Of a stretch of 64,000 bases of DNA, positions 59,345 through 64,000 are shown in pieces. The notes under the pieces were generated by a model. It had not been told where the DNA came from, searched no databases, and saw nothing but the letters and a program-made list of their open reading frames with translations. The translations under genes and the position numbers were made by a program. The DNA lies in sequence record SRR31156797_315, one strand, 5' to 3'. The stretch's first letter is position 1; each line of letters begins with the position of its first letter.

Positions 59345-62065
59345 ATGAGATTTTCTTGTTTCATAATCATACTTTTAAGCAGCTTATCCTGTTTGGTTGT
59401 ATCAGCACAAACCGGGACGGAACTTTTCCGGCCGGCCTATCATTTTTCGCCACAGCAAAACTGGATAAATGATCCCAATGGCCTGGTGTATTACGATGGT
59501 GAATATCATCTTTTTTATCAGTACAATCCTTATGGTGACCAATGGGGCAATATGAGCTGGGGGCATGCCGTAAGCACTGATTTAGTGGAATGGGAAGAGT
59601 TGCCGGTTGCCATTCCAGTAACAGGTGGCGTTATGGCTTTTTCGGGAAGTGCTGTGGTGGATTGGGAAAACACAAGCGGATTTGGAAATGGGACAGAGCC
59701 ACCCATAGTAGCAATTTACACAGGAGCAGGAAACAACAGCCAGTCGCAGTATGTTGCCTACAGCAACGACCGCGGAGGCAGCTTCCAATTGTATGATGAG
59801 AATCCTGTAATCAACCTGTTTGATGATGATTTTCGCGATCCGAAAGTATTTTGGCATCCCGAAACCAGCCGCTGGATCATGGTGGTTGCGCTTTCTTCAA
59901 AACACCGCATTCGTTTTTATAAGTCCACAAACCTCATCGACTGGGAATTTCTTCACGATTTTGGGAATGTGGGCGATCAGAGCGGCGTATGGGAATGTCC
60001 TGATCTTTTTCCGCTGACCGTTGATGGCGACAGTTTAAATATCAAGTGGGTGTTGCAGGTGGATGTTGGCCCGGGAAAATCGCAATATTTTACCGGTGAT
60101 TTTGATGGCAATCAATTCATTGCTGACAAATATCCGCCCGAAACCATCCAATCGCTTCCTGAAGGAGCATTGCTGGCTGATTTTGATGTTGAGGATTTTG
60201 GCGGCTGGACGGCTTCAGGGAATGCTTTTGGCAATGGCCCATCTTCGGGCGCTATCACAGATCAACTTCCTGTGGACGGGTTTCTGGGAAATGGTTTTGC
60301 AAACTCCTACCACGATGGCGATCAGGGCACCGGCATCCTCTCATCTCCCGCTTTTACCATCACACATCAATTCCTGAACTTTAAAGTTGGCGGGGGAAAT
60401 CACCCGGAATCATGTTTCGTGGTACTTTATGTAGATGGCCTTGAAATTTATAGTACAACGGGCAGAAACGACGAATACTTATTTTGGGAAAGTTGGGATG
60501 TGGAAAATTACATCGGCCATCAGGCCAATATTCAGGTTGTGGATTATGCCACCTCCGGATGGGGCCACATCAATGCCGATCATTTTTTCCTTTCTGACGC
60601 ATCCATGTTGGGACCGGTGGAGGCAGAAGGAGCTATCTTTGACGACTTTGAGCAGGAAAGCTATCAGGGTTGGAATGTGCTGGGTGAAGCTTTTGGTGAT
60701 GGGCCTGCCACAGGAACATTGCCCAACCAGATGGAGGTAAGCGGATACCTTGGAAACCGCCTGGTGAACTCATTCTTTGATGGCGACGTAACCCAGGGAA
60801 AAATGATCTCACAGAATTTTACCATCGACAGCAGTTATATCAGTTTTTTGATCGGCGGAGGAAACCACCCCGAAGGAACCTTTATTAGCCTGAAAGTTGC
60901 CGGAGAAGAAAAGTTCAGGGCAACCGGAAGCAACAGCGAAGCCCTGAAATGGGAAAGTTGGGATGTTTCTGGATTTTTGGGAGCTGGTGCACAAATAGAA
61001 ATTGTGGATTCTGTTACCGGAGGCTGGGGCCATATTAACATCGATCATATTATCCAAACCAACAATCCTCCGCAAACAGAGGAGCCGGATTATGTTGATC
61101 ATGGTAGAGATTTTTATGCAGTGCAATCCTATAACGATATTCCTGATTCGGATGGCCGCAGGATTTGGCTGGCCTGGATGAGCAACTGGCAATATGCCGG
61201 AGAGGTGCCCACATCACCCTGGCGCGGAATCATGTCGGTGCCGCGTGAGGTTGGACTAACCATGAATGACAGCAGGTTTTTACTTACACAAAAGCCGGTT
61301 GAGGAATTGCAGGAACTGAGGGATACACTCATCAGTTTTGAAAACGATTTTGTAAGCCATATCAAACCACAATTTGATCAAATCCGGTATCAGGTTTTTG
61401 AAATCCAGGCTACCATCGATTTGATGGATGCCGGTGAGTTTGGCTTTAAGGTAAGAACCGGAAGCAGCCAGGAAACCATCATTAAATATAATGCTGAGGC
61501 AGAAAAACTGATCTTCGACCGGTCATCATCAGGAAGCCTGACCAATCATGCTTCGTTTGCCGAAATGCAGGAAGCACCAATATCTCTGGTGGGCGGGAAA
61601 ATCGATCTTCGTATTTTGGTGGATCATTGCTCGGTGGAGGTATTCGCCAATGATGGCACGGTGGTTTTTTCAAACCTTATTTTCCCGGATTCCTCCAGTA
61701 CCGGAATGGATATTTTTAGCCTGGATGGAGATGCTTTTGTGGAAACTTTAAAAATATGGAAACTAAAAACGCCATCATCAAATACGTCTGTGCCCTACAT
61801 CAGCCCTATCCCGGGAGAAATATCAATTTCACCGAATCCGTCAAAGGGTTCAGATATTTGCATTTCCCTGAAAGATTCTAATAAAAAATTGCAACATATT
61901 GAGGTTTTAACGCTTCAGGGAAACATCATTTTCAAGTCCGGGCCAATTACGTCAACTTCATCTTTTGTCCTGAAGAAAAATATTTTTAACTGTCCGGGAA
62001 TATATGTTGTTAAAGGAACTGCATCCGGTAAAAGGTTTTTTAGAAAAATCGTGGTAACGAAATAA
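59345..62065 (+). CDS. GH32 fructanase with two inserted CBM38-like modules and T9SS CTD
   Basis: WINDPNG, WGHAVS, FSGS, FRDPKV and WECPD; duplicated insert ending GWGHINxDH; CTD ISPNPS..GIYVV..RKIVV. Confidence 0.9.
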   Translation: MRFSCFIIILLSSLSCLVVSAQTGTELFRPAYHFSPQQNWINDPNGLVYYDGEYHLFYQYNPYGDQWGNMSWGHAVSTDLVEWEELPVAIPVTGGVMAFSGSAVVDWENTSGFGNGTEPPIVAIYTGAGNNSQSQYVAYSNDRGGSFQLYDENPVINLFDDDFRDPKVFWHPETSRWIMVVALSSKHRIRFYKSTNLIDWEFLHDFGNVGDQSGVWECPDLFPLTVDGDSLNIKWVLQVDVGPGKSQYFTGDFDGNQFIADKYPPETIQSLPEGALLADFDVEDFGGWTASGNAFGNGPSSGAITDQLPVDGFLGNGFANSYHDGDQGTGILSSPAFTITHQFLNFKVGGGNHPESCFVVLYVDGLEIYSTTGRNDEYLFWESWDVENYIGHQANIQVVDYATSGWGHINADHFFLSDASMLGPVEAEGAIFDDFEQESYQGWNVLGEAFGDGPATGTLPNQMEVSGYLGNRLVNSFFDGDVTQGKMISQNFTIDSSYISFLIGGGNHPEGTFISLKVAGEEKFRATGSNSEALKWESWDVSGFLGAGAQIEIVDSVTGGWGHINIDHIIQTNNPPQTEEPDYVDHGRDFYAVQSYNDIPDSDGRRIWLAWMSNWQYAGEVPTSPWRGIMSVPREVGLTMNDSRFLLTQKPVEELQELRDTLISFENDFVSHIKPQFDQIRYQVFEIQATIDLMDAGEFGFKVRTGSSQETIIKYNAEAEKLIFDRSSSGSLTNHASFAEMQEAPISLVGGKIDLRILVDHCSVEVFANDGTVVFSNLIFPDSSSTGMDIFSLDGDAFVETLKIWKLKTPSSNTSVPYISPIPGEISISPNPSKGSDICISLKDSNKKLQHIEVLTLQGNIIFKSGPITSTSSFVLKKNIFNCPGIYVVKGTASGKRFFRKIVVTK

Positions 62066-62103
62066 TTATAGAGAAAAATTTCACACCTTAAAAAGAAGAT
62101 ATC

Positions 62104-63699
62104 ATGCGCATCAATATTAAATTAGCTATCCTGTCTTTTGCAATATCTATCGTATTAACAGGTTGTTTAGAGCAGCCCCAAAATGAAGATAAAAACACTT
62201 CGGTGGCAATGGAGAAATATACCGAACAGTACCGGCCGCATTTTCATTTCACACCCGATTCGATGTGGATGAACGATCCCAACGGAATGGTGTATTTCGA
62301 AGGTGAGTATCACCTTTTTTACCAGTATTACCCTGATGATAATGTTTGGGGGCCGATGCACTGGGGCCATGCCATCAGCACAGATTTGGTGCATTGGGAG
62401 CATCTGCCCATCGGATTATATCCCGACGAACATGGCTGGATATTCTCGGGAAGTGCAGTGGTGGATTGGAACAACACTTCAGGATTTGGTAGTATAGAAA
62501 ACCCGCCATTAATTGCCATTTTTACGTATCACAATCACGAGATAGAAAAAGAAGGAAAGGATACGTTCCAGACACAAGGCATTGCCTACAGCACAGATAA
62601 AGGTCGCACATGGAAAGTGTATGATGGAAATCCTGTATTGGAAAATCCTGGTATCCGCGACTTCCGTGACCCTAAAGTGTTCTGGTATGCACCGGATGAA
62701 AAATGGATTATGACATTGGCCATAAAAGACCATGTTGGGATTTATTCATCCAATAACCTAAAAAGCTGGAAGCATGAAAGCGATTTTGGTTTTGGCCACG
62801 GCATTCCGGATGTTTTATGGGAATGCCCGGATATGTTTTCCATGGAAATTGATGGAAAACAAAAGTGGGTGATGCTGGTGAGTACCAATCCGGGAGGTTT
62901 TAATGGTGGCTCTACCACGCAATATTTTATTGGTGGCTTCGATGGAGAGACTTTCATCAACGACAATCCTTCTGAAACAATCTTGTACCTGGATTGGGGT
63001 AAGGATAATTACGCGGGTGTAACCTGGTCGGATATTCCCGAAAAGGATGGCCGCCGTATTTTCATCGGCTGGATGAGTAACTGGCAGTATGCCACAAAAG
63101 TACCCACTGAACGGTGGCGAAGTGCCATGACCATTCCACGTACCCTGCAGTTGCAAAATATAAACGGCGATATCCGGCTGAGATCAAAACCAGTTGCTGA
63201 GATGGAAAAGCTCAATAAAACAACGCAAATACTGGAAGCAGAAATTATTTCCGGAGAAGAGAAAATCGACTTAAATCTGGCTGGAAGACCGGTGATCGGT
63301 AGGTTAGAAATAACCTTCCGGATGAGCAACGAAACACATTTTGGCTTTGCATCAGGATTTGGTATTGAGCTATCAAACAGCATAGGCGAAACCCTGACCA
63401 TCGGTTATGAACCCGAAAAACAGCAATTGTTTTGTGATCGCACCAATGCAGGAAAAACTGATTTTAGCGAAGATTTCCCGGCAAGGGTCGTCGCCAATCA
63501 TACCATTAAAAATGATGAATTAAAGCTTTCCGTTTTTATCGACGTGGCTTCCGCCGAAATATTTGCTGATGGCGGCAAAACCGTAATGACCAATATCTTT
63601 TTTCCCAACGAAGATTTTAATCTGGTTAAGGTGTATTCAAAAAACGGCAGTGTAAAACTTAAGGAAGGTAAATACATTGCTTTCGACAGGATTTATTAA
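62104..63699 (+). CDS. GH32 exo-beta-fructosidase/levanase (SacC-like), lipoprotein
   Basis: Lipobox LTGC; WMNDPNG, MHWGHA, FSGS, FRDPKV, WECPD and GWMSNWQYA. Confidence 0.93.
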   Translation: MRINIKLAILSFAISIVLTGCLEQPQNEDKNTSVAMEKYTEQYRPHFHFTPDSMWMNDPNGMVYFEGEYHLFYQYYPDDNVWGPMHWGHAISTDLVHWEHLPIGLYPDEHGWIFSGSAVVDWNNTSGFGSIENPPLIAIFTYHNHEIEKEGKDTFQTQGIAYSTDKGRTWKVYDGNPVLENPGIRDFRDPKVFWYAPDEKWIMTLAIKDHVGIYSSNNLKSWKHESDFGFGHGIPDVLWECPDMFSMEIDGKQKWVMLVSTNPGGFNGGSTTQYFIGGFDGETFINDNPSETILYLDWGKDNYAGVTWSDIPEKDGRRIFIGWMSNWQYATKVPTERWRSAMTIPRTLQLQNINGDIRLRSKPVAEMEKLNKTTQILEAEIISGEEKIDLNLAGRPVIGRLEITFRMSNETHFGFASGFGIELSNSIGETLTIGYEPEKQQLFCDRTNAGKTDFSEDFPARVVANHTIKNDELKLSVFIDVASAEIFADGGKTVMTNIFFPNEDFNLVKVYSKNGSVKLKEGKYIAFDRIY

Positions 63700-63751
63700 T
63701 AAAGAAATTAGGAGGAGCATGTGATATGAAATTGCAATGTCGCAAAATTTT

Positions 63752-64000
63752 AGATTTCTCCCTCCATCCCGCACATGCGGGATTCCAGTCGAAATGACAT
63801 GGTTACGAATATGTATGGGGGATGAAAGAAAGTGGGCGCGAAGCGCCCACTTTCTTTCATCCCCCGCAAACCCGCCAAAGCTCTGTCACCTCGAAGGAGC
63901 TTGCGACTGAGAGGTCTGTTTAATGGATGAGTTTTCAAAGCCTTACAAAAAGATGTCATTAGTAGCGAAGCAGCCTGCCCCGAGTTTTCGGGGAAGGAGA
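63752..64000. repeat. Cluster of REP-like palindromes
   Basis: AGATTTCTC...CGAAATGAC unit with internal ATCCCGCA/TGCGGGAT; perfect 23-bp stem with GAA loop at 63817-63865; GTCATT...CCCCGAG-TT-TTCGGGG at the window edge. Confidence 0.6.

Overview
Bacteroidota (Bacteroidales-like) chromosomal window, judged from T9SS C-terminal domains, a SusC/SusD pair and TAnnTTTG promoters. 1-9.7 kb: a minus-strand cluster with a large T9SS-secreted GH57-like enzyme and two proteins built of tandem Cys-rich CBM20-like modules; the left-most one is truncated by the window edge and missing from the ORF track. 9.9-14.6 kb: two paralogous T9SS proteins plus a PID-CTERM-like micro-protein. 14.8-34 kb: mostly housekeeping genes (DnaJ/CbpA-like, TonB-dependent receptor, pheS, two cyclophilins, ruvC, L,D-transpeptidase, ispD, queA, EnvC-like, DUF4292-like, TPR, dut, flippase, nitrilase) and a candidate orphan sRNA. 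34-46 kb: secreted proteins, a REP-like hairpin, a MITE-like element, an AraR/NrtR-family regulator with a matching operator before tkt, and a GH3. 46.4-63.7 kb: a fructan (probably inulin-type) PUL with sugar porter, fructokinase, SusC/D, two DUF4960-like lipoproteins and three GH32s, two of which carry T9SS signals. A tRNA-3'-end-like fragment at its left border may be an att site. I saw no rRNA, full tRNA, CRISPR array, transposase or integrase. All family calls come from motif recognition by eye; no searches were run.
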